This document shows positions 20,464 to 31,923 of a DNA stretch of 64,000 bases, piece by piece. The stretch lies in NCBI GenBank assembly GCA_019058275.1, contig JAHLVW010000066.1:64001-128000 (forward strand), written 5' to 3'. Numbering within the stretch: the stretch's first letter is position 1; the number at the start of each line of letters is the position of its first letter. The stretch comes from Candidatus Heimdallarchaeota archaeon (lineage in GTDB: Archaea; Asgardarchaeota; Heimdallarchaeia; JABLTI01). The position numbers and the translations under genes are program-made. Below the pieces are notes generated by a model. That model was not told where the DNA came from. It saw only the letters and a list, made by a program, of their open reading frames with translations, and ran no database searches.

Positions 20464-21320
20464 TTGTGTTTTCCTCCACAACCATATTCTTTGTTGTATC
20501 TATCCAAAGCAGTTTTTTCGTATTTCTTGTATTGATCTAACCTATTCAACAGCTCATCAAAATCAACTTTGTAAGCATCAAATTCTGGTCCATCGACACA
20601 AGCAAATTGAATTTTACCATCAATTGTAACTCTGCAAGATCCACACATTCCAGTCCCGTCAACCATTATAGGATTTAAACTTGCTATTGTTGGGATGTTG
20701 TATTTCTTAGTTATTTGAGCTACAAATTTCATCATTATTGTTGGTCCAACTGTGAAAATCATATCAAATTTCTTACCTTCTTTCTTAAGGTCTTCAATAG
20801 CATTTTCTAACAAGTGAGTTGTGAACCCCTTCAACCCTTTAGATCCATCATCTGTACAGTATTGCATTTCTTCACAATATTGAGACATCTCATCTTCCCA
20901 AACTAATAGGTCTTCAGTTCTGGCTCCAACCATTCCTATGACAGTATTTCCAGCTTCCTTCATTTCTTTAGCAACTAGATTTGCTAGTGGAATACCCAAA
21001 CCACCTGAAACGATACCTACAGTACCATACTTCTCTACTTCAGTTGGTTTACCTAAGGGTCCAACAACATCTTGAATGAAATCGCCTTTCTCAAGAGTTG
21101 AAAGAAGTTTTGTGGATTGACCAATAACTTGGATAATACAAGTTACTGTTCCTTTTTTCCTATCATATTCAGCTACTGTGATAGGAATTCTTTCAGCTCC
21201 TTCTCTCATTCTGAGAACAAGAAAATTACCTGCTCTAATTTTCTTAGCTATTTGAGGAGCTTTAATTTCTATTAGGAATATGACTTCATGAAGCCATTCT
21301 TTCTTTACAATCTCAAACAT
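20460..21320 (-). CDS. nfnA: NfnA/SudB (FAD/[2Fe-2S] subunit)
   Basis: ERIPIT, GPLG, TDDGS, MVDGTGMCGSCRV, CVDGPEFDA. Confidence 0.88.
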   Translation of the reverse strand: MFEIVKKEWLHEVIFLIEIKAPQIAKKIRAGNFLVLRMREGAERIPITVAEYDRKKGTVTCIIQVIGQSTKLLSTLEKGDFIQDVVGPLGKPTEVEKYGTVGIVSGGLGIPLANLVAKEMKEAGNTVIGMVGARTEDLLVWEDEMSQYCEEMQYCTDDGSKGLKGFTTHLLENAIEDLKKEGKKFDMIFTVGPTIMMKFVAQITKKYNIPTIASLNPIMVDGTGMCGSCRVTIDGKIQFACVDGPEFDAYKVDFDELLNRLDQYKKYEKTALDRYNKEYGCGGKHK

Positions 21321-21483
21321 TAAGTAATTCCTCGAACGAACTATTTAAAATTGCGACAATCTTTTTTTAGATTCAATAAAAATGTTATGATTTTAACGTA
21401 TTTTCACAATAATTTCAAAAGATAGTTGAAAATAGAAAAAAAGAGGTATAAAGGGCAAGAAAAAATTACCCTGTAATGTGATT

Positions 21484-22854
21484 TTATATAATACCTTGTG
21501 CAAGCATTGCTTTTGCAACTTTCAAGAAACCAGCGATATTAGCACCGATTACATAATTTCCTGGTTTACCAAATTCTTCAGCAGTCTTGTAAACAGTATC
21601 ATGAATGTTGATCATGATTTTGTGAAGTCTACCCAAAACTTCATCTTTTGTCCATGCAAGTCTCAAGCTGTTTTGAGACATTTCAAGACCAGAAGTTGAT
21701 ACACCGCCGGCATTAGCTGCTTTACCTGGACCGAAGGAAACACCTTTCTCAATGAAATAGTCAACACCTTCTGGAACAGTTGGCATATTTGCACCTTCGC
21801 AAACAGCAATACAACCATTCTTAACAAGTGCTTTAGCTTCATCCAAGTCAACTTCGTTTTGAGTTGCGCTTGGGAAGGCAATTTCTATATCAGGAACGTA
21901 CCATGGACTCTTGAGATCTTTGTGTTCATTATAGGTGTAGTATTCAACACCTTTGTATTTTTCAGTGTATTCTTTGATTCTACCACGTTTGACGTTCTTC
22001 AAGTTCATGACATATACTAATTTCTTCTTATCAATACCATCTTTGTCAATAATGAAACCAGATGAATCAGATAAGGTAATACATTTACCACCTAATTTGT
22101 TGATTTGTTCAACTGTGAATTGAGCAACGTTACCTGAACCAGAAACTGCACAGATTTTTTCTTTAAGACCAGCTTTATCACCTCGAGCTTTGACCATTTC
22201 TTCAGCAAACCAAACAGAACCATAACCAGTTGCTTCTGGTCTACCAAGGGAACCACCATATTCAGGGGCTTTACCGGTTAAGACACCATGGAAAACGTTT
22301 TTGATTTTACGATATTGACCGAACATATAGCCAATTTCACGAGCACCAACACCAATATCTCCTGCTGGAACATCAAAATCAGCATCTATGTACTTGTAGA
22401 GCTCGGTCATAAGTGATTGACAGAATCTCATGACTTCACCATCAGATTTTCCTTTTGGATCGAAGTCAGAACCACCTTTACCACCGCCCATAGGCAAACC
22501 TGTTAAAGCGTTTTTGAATAATTGTTCAAAAGCTAAGAATTTAAGAATACCATCATAAACTGAAGGATGGAATCTCATACCACCTTTGTAAGGACCTATA
22601 CTCCCTGAAAATTGTATCCTAAATCCTCTGTTTACTTGCACCTTTCCTTTATCATCTACCCATGGTACTCTGAAGTGTATTACTCTTTCAGGTTCCACTA
22701 GTCTCTCAAGGATTCCAGCTTCCACAAATTCTGGATATTTCTCTAGTGCCGGTTCTATTGAATCCAGAACTTCTTTCACTGCTTGGTGAAATTCTGGTTC
22801 ATGTTTATTTCTTTCCAATACTTGCTTGTATATTGGATCTGTAATCTTTCCCAT
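21484..22854 (-). CDS. gdhA: NADP-specific glutamate dehydrogenase (bacterial GdhA type)
   Basis: EPEFHQAV, GPYKGGMRFHPSV, GGGKGGSDFDPKGKS, VPAGDIGVG, SGSGNVA, PGKAANAGGV. Confidence 0.95.
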   Translation of the reverse strand: MGKITDPIYKQVLERNKHEPEFHQAVKEVLDSIEPALEKYPEFVEAGILERLVEPERVIHFRVPWVDDKGKVQVNRGFRIQFSGSIGPYKGGMRFHPSVYDGILKFLAFEQLFKNALTGLPMGGGKGGSDFDPKGKSDGEVMRFCQSLMTELYKYIDADFDVPAGDIGVGAREIGYMFGQYRKIKNVFHGVLTGKAPEYGGSLGRPEATGYGSVWFAEEMVKARGDKAGLKEKICAVSGSGNVAQFTVEQINKLGGKCITLSDSSGFIIDKDGIDKKKLVYVMNLKNVKRGRIKEYTEKYKGVEYYTYNEHKDLKSPWYVPDIEIAFPSATQNEVDLDEAKALVKNGCIAVCEGANMPTVPEGVDYFIEKGVSFGPGKAANAGGVSTSGLEMSQNSLRLAWTKDEVLGRLHKIMINIHDTVYKTAEEFGKPGNYVIGANIAGFLKVAKAMLAQGII

Positions 22855-22903
22855 TTTGAATTTACCTCAATTGCATTTCTTCGAGGATAATTATTAACTA
22901 TAA

Positions 22904-22945
22904 AACTTCACTCTAGAAGTTAACTTTCCCTTCATCGATGAAGTT
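22904..22945. promoter_or_regulatory. Two CTTC-N6-GAAG palindromes (putative operator) at the gdhA-nfnAB promoter
   Basis: AACTTC-actcta-GAAGTT 22904-22921 and CTTCATCGATGAAG 22930-22943; minus-strand TTAAATA box ~22969-22975. Confidence 0.5.
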
Positions 22946-23151
22946 ACGACTGCTAAAAGTTTTGGGCATATTTAAGAACTTTTTCCAATTTCTGTAAATA
23001 GCTATTTAGCATCTGCTTTTAGACTGAACTTTTTTCTTCTTTATATTTTTTTCACATGTTTTCGATAATTGTGATAGGTTTAAATTATTTTAACAACTCT
23101 TTTTACTTGAAATATACTCAATTTGATTGATATTTAGCTCTTAAGTACAAA

Positions 23152-23710
23152 ATGGTGGTTGTTATTTCACGAATAAATAGAACAGATAGAAATCTAATAG
23201 GATTGATTGTAGCTAGTATTATTATTACCTCATTTGTTTGGATTGGTGATGTTGCATCATGGGCTTATCTAGGCAATGGTTTTGTTAATGATTTTGTTTT
23301 GCTTATAATAGCTATTCTATTGACTCTTGGTACTATTTTTTTAATTCGTTTCAATCAAAATAAGAAAGTCTCTTCTACTCGCTACAGAGACACAAAAAAA
23401 GCATCCAACTATTGAATCCGAAAAGAAGAGCAAAGTCAGATCTCATAAAAAAGCAACGTTATCTTGTTCTAGTTGTGGTGAATTATTTCCAGTTAATGAA
23501 ACTCATTGTTCTTCTTGTGGATCAGCTAAACCAGTTTGTGTTGTTTGCTTATCAGATCTTGAAATTGAGCATGAAGTTGTTAAATTAAATTGCTGTTCAG
23601 AATACTCTCATAAAGAACATATAATCAATTGGTTAAATGTTAAAGGTTTTTGCCCAAAATACAATAAAAAAATTGAAAAAAATGATTGGGTGAGTTTTGT
23701 ATTAGATTAA
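23152..23710 (+). pseudogene. TM + zinc-ribbon + RING-finger protein, frameshifted
   Basis: TM ORF ends at 23415; a shifted frame continues CSSC...CSSC...CVVC...CC...HKEH..W...CPKY to TAA 23710; last RING Cys replaced by Tyr. Confidence 0.7.
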
Positions 23711-23727
23711 GCTCATCATCAATTTAG

Positions 23728-24426
23728 TTATTTTTCAGATTTTGGAACTGAAATTACTCGAAATGATGCATGTTTCAATTTGTTGAGTTTATTTAGATTA
23801 ATCACTAATGCTGTCATCTGTTCTGTTGTTCGTGAGAACATCAATGGTCCTGCATTTAGAACTCTTAAACTCTTAATTTTGCTTAGTATGTTTATTAGTT
23901 TGCTTTTAGCATCTACATCGTTTGATGTTAGGAAAACATCGACGTCTAATGGATGTTCTAATCTATTTAATTTCGCAGCTGAAACTGTTTTGAATGCTCC
24001 CACAACAGAAATACTTTCTGGAACTTTTGCTTGAATACACTCACTAACTGAAGGATAGGTTGCTTCATCAGTACAAATTCCATCATCACAATATGCTAAA
24101 CCTGTTTCAAAAGACAAAGGAACAATTACATCTACTAATATTGTATTAGGTTTCATATCATTTACTAACCCATCTAGTGTATTTATGAGGTACTCTGGTG
24201 GTACAACTAAAAAGATAATATCACATTGTTTGACAACTTCGTTATTATTATCCCCAACGAATTGATCAGTTGATAACCTTGCATTTAACTCTTCAGCAAT
24301 TTTAGTTGCTTTCTCTGTTGATCTTGATCCAATCATTACTTTGTAACCAGCTTGAGCTAATCTAAGTGCTATACCTTGGCTTTGCTTACCAGTTCCCGGA
24401 ATCATACCTATTTTTCTTTCAGTCAT
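23728..24426 (-). CDS. npdG: NADPH-dependent F420 reductase
   Basis: GTGKQSQGIALRLA, IGSRS, VDVIVPL, VVGAFKTVSA, LNAGPL. Confidence 0.8.
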   Translation of the reverse strand: MTERKIGMIPGTGKQSQGIALRLAQAGYKVMIGSRSTEKATKIAEELNARLSTDQFVGDNNNEVVKQCDIIFLVVPPEYLINTLDGLVNDMKPNTILVDVIVPLSFETGLAYCDDGICTDEATYPSVSECIQAKVPESISVVGAFKTVSAAKLNRLEHPLDVDVFLTSNDVDAKSKLINILSKIKSLRVLNAGPLMFSRTTEQMTALVINLNKLNKLKHASFRVISVPKSEK

Positions 24427-24623
24427 AGAAACACACTCATGTACAGTTAATGAACATTGATAGAGTAAATCACAAGTAGGTGCTTAAAAATTATTGTGCA
24501 ATAGTTAAAATCAAGATTTACAGTCCTTCACTATGAGTGAAGATTTATAAATTAACTATAAGAATAATGAAATTAGATTCTAGAGATAATATTGGAACTA
24601 AAGCAAATTTGGAGATAATTATT

Positions 24624-25877
24624 ATGTCAAAAGCAGCCTCGTCGTTTGAAACCTATAAGATAAAGCAAAGCATCGAGCGACTCGAGAGAAAGAAATCATT
24701 CAATGGTGCTACTTGCTTAGTAACACTTTATATGCCAAACGGCACATCAATTCCTGATGTAACTCAGCAGTTAGTTGATGAAAGAGGTACTGCTGCTAAC
24801 ATTAAAAGTAAACAAACAAGCAAAGCTGTGACTGCTGCTTTATCAAGCATTCTTAATAGAATAAAGCAAATAAGAGATCTACCTAATAATGGCTTAGTCA
24901 TTTTTTGTGGTATGACTCAAAACGGAAAAGTTGAATACATTCCGATAACTCCTGTTGAACCAATAACCAGAAAGATGTACGTATGCGATTCAAGATTCCA
25001 TACAGAGCATTTAAGGGAACAACTCGAGGAAAAAGAGCAATTTGGTCTTATGGTAGTAGACAGAGAAACTGCTGCCTATGCTTTACTAAGAGGTAATCAT
25101 ATGACCTTTTTGAGAAATCTTCATTCATTTGTTCCAGGTAAGCATGGTAAAGGTGGCCAATCACAAAGACGTATACAAAGAGGTACTGAAATTCTTGCAC
25201 AAGATCATCTTAGAAGAGCTGGAGAAGTTGCAAGTAAGCTCTTCTTAGAAGTACCTGACTTGAAAGGAATAGTCCTAGGTGGTCCATCTCTAGCTAAAGA
25301 AAATTTTGTCAGAGGAAATTTCCTAGATTTTCGTTTAACAGATAAGGTTCTAGGAACAGTCGACACTGGCTACACTGGAGAGCAAGGAATTAGAGAATTA
25401 ATGGAGAAATCTTCTGAAATATTGAAAGATGTTTGCTACTTGAAAGAAAAACAATTAGTTCAGATTTTTCTTAGAGAATTAGGAAAAGATACTGGTCAAG
25501 TAGCCTATGGTCAAAAGGAAGTTATGAAGGCTATTGAACTAGGAGCAGTAAAGACATTACTCATTAGTGAAGAATTGGATGTATTTCAAACAAAGGTTCT
25601 TTGCCCACAATGTAACTACACGAAACAAGAAGCAGTAAAAGCAAAAGAATTCGTTGAATTTGAAGAAGAGATACTAAAACGCAATTGTCCTGAATGTGGT
25701 AGCTCAAAATTATCAATTGAGGATACAATCGATTTTGTTGAAGAGTTAGGTAAACGAGCTGTTGAAATCGGTGCTGAAATTGAAATTGTTAGCACAGATA
25801 CAGAAGAAGGTATGATTCTTTACAAATCATTTGGTGGACTAGTTGCTATCTTAAGATATTCTATAAGAGAAATGTAA
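24624..25877 (+). CDS. prf1: Peptide chain release factor aRF1
   Basis: TAANIKS, YVCDSRF, GKHGKGGQSQRR, FGGLVAILRY. Confidence 0.95.
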   Translation: MSKAASSFETYKIKQSIERLERKKSFNGATCLVTLYMPNGTSIPDVTQQLVDERGTAANIKSKQTSKAVTAALSSILNRIKQIRDLPNNGLVIFCGMTQNGKVEYIPITPVEPITRKMYVCDSRFHTEHLREQLEEKEQFGLMVVDRETAAYALLRGNHMTFLRNLHSFVPGKHGKGGQSQRRIQRGTEILAQDHLRRAGEVASKLFLEVPDLKGIVLGGPSLAKENFVRGNFLDFRLTDKVLGTVDTGYTGEQGIRELMEKSSEILKDVCYLKEKQLVQIFLRELGKDTGQVAYGQKEVMKAIELGAVKTLLISEELDVFQTKVLCPQCNYTKQEAVKAKEFVEFEEEILKRNCPECGSSKLSIEDTIDFVEELGKRAVEIGAEIEIVSTDTEEGMILYKSFGGLVAILRYSIREM

Positions 25878-25902
25878 AAAGAAGAAAGAATTAAACCTAG
25901 AT

Positions 25903-26301
25903 TTATCTCCTTTTGTATTTTCTTTTGAAAGGTGGTCTATAGTCATCAGGTGGTTTTGGGAAATTATTTGGTATTTTCTCTGTTTCTGGAAATTCAGCAT
26001 CTTCTTCAATTTTTACCAATTCACCATATTTTCCTATATTTAACCTCAACTCACTACGTATAACTTTGATAAACCCATTTCTAACCTCACCTATATCTCC
26101 ATCATTAATCAAATCTATATTTTGATCCCATAATGTTAGATAAATTCTCCCAGTTTCATCTCCAACCTCTACTTCAGATAATCTTAATTCCTTTCCATCT
26201 CCAGAGATAATTTCACGAATCTCTCCTTTGCTTATCACACGAAAACGAATATCGATATTCCTCATATCTGCTTTTAAATTTACAATTTTCATTAACATCA
26301 C
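25903..26301 (-). CDS. ssb: Single OB-fold ssDNA-binding protein (crenarchaeal SSB-like)
   Basis: VGDETGRIYLTLWD, LRLNIGKYG. Confidence 0.8.
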   Translation of the reverse strand: MMLMKIVNLKADMRNIDIRFRVISKGEIREIISGDGKELRLSEVEVGDETGRIYLTLWDQNIDLINDGDIGEVRNGFIKVIRSELRLNIGKYGELVKIEEDAEFPETEKIPNNFPKPPDDYRPPFKRKYKRR

Positions 26302-26413
26302 TTCTTTTTTTTCGAAATAATAACTCTACTGAAAATTAGTTATTAATATAAGTAATGGTCTCACACAATAAATATAGTTATACTAATGAAATTCTTATGA
26401 TTGGTGCAACCTG

Positions 26414-28442
26414 TTATTTCCATCGATAATTTCCTTTTATCATCTTGCCTATTTCAAATGATCTTAGTATATCAGTTTGAGACAAAGTACCTATGAGTTT
26501 CATTTCTTCTTTTGAATTGACAACAGGTGCTCTTCGATAGCTATGACGTGTCAATATTTCTAAAGCTTCATCTGCTGATTGGTCTTCAGTAAGAATAACA
26601 TAATTTGGTTCAACATATTTCATTACTGTTTCATCTGTATGATTTTTTAATTGAGCCATTCGAATGTCAGATAAACTTATCATGTCTACTAATTTAACAT
26701 CATTTTTAACAATTGGAAGACCAAAATGTCCTTTTGTTTTAACCATTTCAATTGCGTCATAAATTTTCGCTGTTTCGCAAATATAACTTACATCTTTTGT
26801 CATTATATCTCGGACTTTCGTTTGTGAGAGAATTGTTATGTGTCTGCCTAACTTAATGTTTAACCCCTTATCTGCTAGTGATTGTGTATAAATTGACTCC
26901 TTCAAAAAACTCCTGCAAACTAGATAGCTTATACTACAAGTAAGCATTAACGGAATCATTAGTTTAATATTGCCTGTCATTTCTGCGCCCATAAAAATCA
27001 TTGTTAGTGGTGCTCTTGTTGCTCCAGCAAAAACTGATGCCAAACCTGCTAATGCGAATACAGATACATCAACATCTATGTTATTACCGGTATTAATCAC
27101 AGTCGCAAAGAAATTTCCCAAACATGCACCAATGAATAATGCTGGAGCAAAAATTCCTCCAGGATTATTTGAACCAACTGAAAAGGATGTTATCAAGATT
27201 TTCAATAGTAACAAAACTATTAGAAATGATATTAATGAATTCAGGGGATTTTGCGTTTGTAATTAAGTTACATCATTTTCCAAGATGTTTGTGATTGTTG
27301 TATATCCTGCCCCAAAAATCAATGGAATACCTTTCGCATTTTTTGGACTAATCAAACCAGTTAAACCAGCACATAAAGCACTGAGAACTGGAATATATAA
27401 TCTTGATATTTTTATCCGAGCAAAAATTCCTCTAGTGAAATGAAATATTTTCGTGTAAAATACTCCAATCAAACCTGCAACTATTCCAAACAAAATAAAC
27501 CAATGTAAATCAAAAATGAAAGAATTTCAATCTAATTCTCTTAACAATTCCATTTTGAATGAAGGTTCTGGTATGCCTGTACTATTTGGTGATAGTCTAG
27601 CAATATCAATTATAGCACTAATACTAGATGATGTTAATGATGCTATAACTATAGGAACAATCTCATCTGCAACCAATGATACTAGAAGAATTTCAATACC
27701 AAAAAGTGCTCCGCCAATAGGTGAATTAAATGTTGCTGCTATAGCTGCTGATAACCCACTAATTACAACAATACGCATATTTCTACCATGCAACCCGACA
27801 AGTCTTGCAATCTCAGAACTAAATCCTGCACCTACTTGGGTAATAGGTCCTTCTCTACCAACGCTCAGTCCACCTCCAGAACTAATTACTGAAGTAAACA
27901 TTTTAATTACAGGTGTTCGTCGACGCATAAACCCATCTCTTAAAGCAATGGATTCCATAACATTTGGAATACCAGATCCTTGAGAGTCAGGATCATATCC
28001 CCAAATAATTGGTGTAGTAATCATTGAAGCAATAATTGGTGTGATAATTATTGCTAGGAATTTCCAAGATTAAAAACTATCAAGCATTTGTGGAAATAAT
28101 CTCCATAAAGAGAAAATCAGCTCCAACATAAAGCCATTCGAAACCCCAAGCTGTTAATGTACCAATAACACCTACAACAATAGCTAAAGAATTTATTATG
28201 AAGCTTTTAGATTTAACCAAATCAGACATTGCCTTTCTAGGATGTTTAACATCATCAACGAAATTAGCCCAACTATTTCTTATACATCTCATTGTACTCA
28301 ACCAATTTTTTTTGACAAATCCTGATATTTTTTTCTCCTCTATATCCTCTTCTTGATTTTCATTTTGCTCTGGATGAATTTGCTCCTCTTCAGAAGCATT
28401 ACTTTGTTTTTCAGGTTGAGTCTCTGGATTCTCTTCAGTCAT
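26414..28442 (-). pseudogene. CLC chloride channel/antiporter with CBS domains, disrupted
   Basis: GSGIP, GREGP and GIFAP motifs plus CBS pair; frameshift + TAA at ~28070-28082, in-frame TGA 27527, in-frame TAA 27263. Confidence 0.85.
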
Positions 28443-28658
28443 TTAATTCATCCTTACGTAGTCAATTTCGCAACTAAGATTTACTTTGATTCTCTTAATA
28501 TTTCTCTAAAACTTCTTTTAAGGTTTTCAGTAGTTGCTTTTGTTATCTAAAGACCTTTGATGAAATGACTTAAATATCAAATATTTTTGAATAAAATAGA
28601 AAACTTGAAAATCTAACTAAGAAAGTGAATCACTGTAAAGTTTGTTGGTGTTTATTAT

Positions 28659-30806
28659 ATGACGAAAACCAAATGTTCAATTTGTCATGGGTCAGGTAAG
28701 GAAATTATCTCGGATAAAACATGTCCTGATTGCAAAGGAATGGGTAGTACAAAAATAGTATTATCTTCTTATAGTTCAAAAAAAGATGCTGATAATTGCC
28801 CAACTTGCAATGGTTCAGGATCTCTTGTAAAAGATAAGAAATGTACAAACTGTAATGGTAAGGGATCATTGATTGTATGTGATTCCTGTGGTAAACCAAT
28901 ACAAGAAGGTACCATACCAGAAGGAATAACTGATATTTGTCAAGAATGTAAGACAACTCCTATTGTCTTTGTTTTAAAACCTCCTTGCACTACAAGAACT
29001 GTTAAACTAGGAACTTACTATCATGCAAAAATAAAAGATTTCAAAGATTTCGGAGTTTTTGCTGAATTATATCCCAGTGTTCAAGGTTTGATTCGCACTA
29101 AAAATTTGAAAGGTATTAAACGAAGTGATAAGGGAAAAGATATTATTGTCTATGTTAATGGGAAAACACGTGATGGTAAACTTGAATTAACACCTGCAAA
29201 CATCAAAGAGTATCGTTATGGTGTAAAAAGAGATAAAATGGATCGTATGAAAATATCCTCTATCTCGAGAAAATTGGAGAATAAAACTGTTCTAATACAA
29301 GGTAAAGTTTCTCAAATTCGTAAGACATCTGGACCAATTTCATATAACTTCATAGATGATTCTGGGTCAATTGCTGGTGCTGCTTTCATCAAACCGACTC
29401 AAGAAAATCCCTACAAATCCATAGTAGTAGGAGATATAGTAGAAGTTGTTGGAACAGTAAATACTCATCGTGATGTTTTACAAATTGAAATATTAGACAT
29501 GATTGAAGCTGGTGATGAAGAAGCAAAAATAATCCTTGAAAAAATAGAGAAAGTATTAGAGCAACGATCTAAACCAAAGGAGATACCACTTCTCATTAAA
29601 GACGAAATTCTTGAGAAAATGAAACCTGACTTATATAATTTAGCAAAAATGATTAGAAGAGCTATCTTTGATGGAACACCTATCTTACTAAGACACCATG
29701 CTGATACAGATGGTATAACAAGCGCTGTTGCTTTAGAACATGCAATAATTCCATTGATCATGGAAGAACAACCAGATGCTGCAAAGTATCGTGTAAAACG
29801 TTCACCTTCAAAATCACCCTTTTGGGATTTCATTGACGTAACAAAGGATGTTGATTTTGCATTACAGGATGCTATAAAATTCGGCGATAAACTACCTTTT
29901 GTTTTATTAATGGATCTTGGTAGTTCTCATGAGAGCTTGGCTTCTATAAAGAATGCTAAATTATTTGGCATTAATGTTGCAGTTTTAGATCATCACTTTC
30001 CCGAAAAAATTGTGAAGAAAAATGTAGCTCTTCATGTGAATCCTTATTTCTATGAGGGTGACTATAATCTTTGTACTGGGATGCTTGGCGTTGAATTAGC
30101 AAGAATAGTTAATCCTGATATTTCTGATAAGATTGATTACATAGCAGCAATTGCAGGTGTTGCAGATAGGGTCCAAGGCTCATCTCTTTTACAGTATCAG
30201 AAAATTGCTAAGAAAAAAGGACTTAACGAAGAACTTATGCGAAAGATTGCTCTTGCTATTGATTATGAACAATACTTTTTGCGATTCTCAGATGGGAAGA
30301 ATATAATAGACTCCATTTTTGGTTTTGAGAATTTGATGGATAAATCTCATTTGAACTTAGTTGATTTTCTATATTCTGAAGCTAAAACAGCTATCCAAGA
30401 ACAAGTTGACATATGCTTAGCACACTTACAAGAAGAAGAACTCAAGAATGAAGTTTTGCTAGGAACGATCGATGTTGAAATATTCGCAAGAAAATTTGAA
30501 TTCCCACCACCTGGAAAAACTACTGGGGCTCTTCATGATTTGCTATGTGAGAAACACCCAGAGAGAGGAGTTATAACCTTGGGAATTGGTCCTGATTTCG
30601 TAGTTTTAAGATCGAGAGGAGTCACTATAAATTTCCCAAGCATAATTAAGGGTTTAAAGAAGAAATTACCAGCTGCTGGTATAGAAGGTGGAGGGCATGA
30701 AGTAGTGGGATCATTAAAATTCGTAGCAGGAATGCGACAAGAAGTTCTATCTTCCTTAAAGAACTCATTATCAAAAGTAGAAGTTAATAAAGCAGAACCT
30801 GAATAG
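28659..30806 (+). CDS. Archaeal RecJ-like DHH exonuclease with DnaJ-type Zn finger, S1 and OB domains (HAN-type)
   Basis: CxxCxGxG repeats, FGVFAEL...GLI S1 domain, RHHADTDG, LDHH, GGGH. Confidence 0.85.
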   Translation: MTKTKCSICHGSGKEIISDKTCPDCKGMGSTKIVLSSYSSKKDADNCPTCNGSGSLVKDKKCTNCNGKGSLIVCDSCGKPIQEGTIPEGITDICQECKTTPIVFVLKPPCTTRTVKLGTYYHAKIKDFKDFGVFAELYPSVQGLIRTKNLKGIKRSDKGKDIIVYVNGKTRDGKLELTPANIKEYRYGVKRDKMDRMKISSISRKLENKTVLIQGKVSQIRKTSGPISYNFIDDSGSIAGAAFIKPTQENPYKSIVVGDIVEVVGTVNTHRDVLQIEILDMIEAGDEEAKIILEKIEKVLEQRSKPKEIPLLIKDEILEKMKPDLYNLAKMIRRAIFDGTPILLRHHADTDGITSAVALEHAIIPLIMEEQPDAAKYRVKRSPSKSPFWDFIDVTKDVDFALQDAIKFGDKLPFVLLMDLGSSHESLASIKNAKLFGINVAVLDHHFPEKIVKKNVALHVNPYFYEGDYNLCTGMLGVELARIVNPDISDKIDYIAAIAGVADRVQGSSLLQYQKIAKKKGLNEELMRKIALAIDYEQYFLRFSDGKNIIDSIFGFENLMDKSHLNLVDFLYSEAKTAIQEQVDICLAHLQEEELKNEVLLGTIDVEIFARKFEFPPPGKTTGALHDLLCEKHPERGVITLGIGPDFVVLRSRGVTINFPSIIKGLKKKLPAAGIEGGGHEVVGSLKFVAGMRQEVLSSLKNSLSKVEVNKAEPE

Positions 30807-30873
30807 GATATCCATAAATAAATATATTAAAGAAATTTCATAACGATTTCTCCATAATTTAGATAAGGGGCCA

Positions 30874-31908
30874 ATGATGACCAACCTTGAATGTACGCCC
30901 GGAGAAGATTATGATGACTGGGCAAAGGAAAACAAAAGATGGAAAGTAGTACCCCGTCCTTATGCATTCAAAGACGCAGTTATCTTCTTGAAAAATTGGG
31001 TTTTTGGTCCTTCTAAGAAGTATAAAGGATTAGCTGAATTTGTTCCAAAATCAAGTACTATAAATGACATTACACCTTCAATGAAGGTTGGATTTATTGG
31101 CGATATCATGAGAATGGCTAAATACAAACTCGTTATAGATGATTCGATAAAGGAATTCTTCAAAGATGTTGATTATCTGATTGGTAATTTTGAGGGTGTC
31201 ATTACGAAGTATAAGAGAGGAGCTATAGGTTCTCAGATTCATGATGAAGGTATTCTTGAATCACTCAAAGATTTATTCCCACCTGAAAAAACGTTATTGT
31301 GTCATTCAAACAATCATGCAGGTGATTTCGGATGGCAAGAGTTCCAAAACAGCTATCAGATTGTCAAAGATCATGACTTCATGATAGTAGGTAGAAGAGA
31401 TGAACCAACTTTTATGTTGGACAAAAAAGTGAATGTTGCCACTGCATCATTTTTGAGTGATCAAAGGTGTTCATTTATTTCAAATGAACATGAATTATCC
31501 AGTTATTATAATGAAAAGGCTAAATTCAATGTCTTATACCCACATTGGGGTTTCGAACTACAAATTTACCCACATCCACCTCAAGTTACTCAGGCAAAAA
31601 CATTTCTTGAAAAATGGGATTTGATTGTTGGTCATCATGCTCATGTACCTCAACCAATATCGTCATATCCAGCTGAAAAAGGAAACAAAGTTGTTGCATA
31701 CTCATTGGGTGATTTTAGTTATGGATTGAAATGGAAAAAATACCATCATTATGGCTTAATTGTTAAAATGGATGTCGGACCTAATAAAGATGGGATATGG
31801 CAAACTGGTAACTTAGATTGGCAATTCAATCATCTTTTATTTGAAAATAAGAAACATGTTCGAGTATCAATAACTGAGCATTATAAGCATTTGAAACATA
31901 TTAAATGA
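30874..31908 (+). CDS. CapA-family (poly-gamma-glutamate synthesis-like) metallophosphatase
   Basis: GDIM, GNFEG, NNHAGDFG, HWGFE, GHHAHVPQP, YSLGDF. Confidence 0.8.
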   Translation: MMTNLECTPGEDYDDWAKENKRWKVVPRPYAFKDAVIFLKNWVFGPSKKYKGLAEFVPKSSTINDITPSMKVGFIGDIMRMAKYKLVIDDSIKEFFKDVDYLIGNFEGVITKYKRGAIGSQIHDEGILESLKDLFPPEKTLLCHSNNHAGDFGWQEFQNSYQIVKDHDFMIVGRRDEPTFMLDKKVNVATASFLSDQRCSFISNEHELSSYYNEKAKFNVLYPHWGFELQIYPHPPQVTQAKTFLEKWDLIVGHHAHVPQPISSYPAEKGNKVVAYSLGDFSYGLKWKKYHHYGLIVKMDVGPNKDGIWQTGNLDWQFNHLLFENKKHVRVSITEHYKHLKHIK

Positions 31909-31923
31909 CATTACTCAAGTCAA

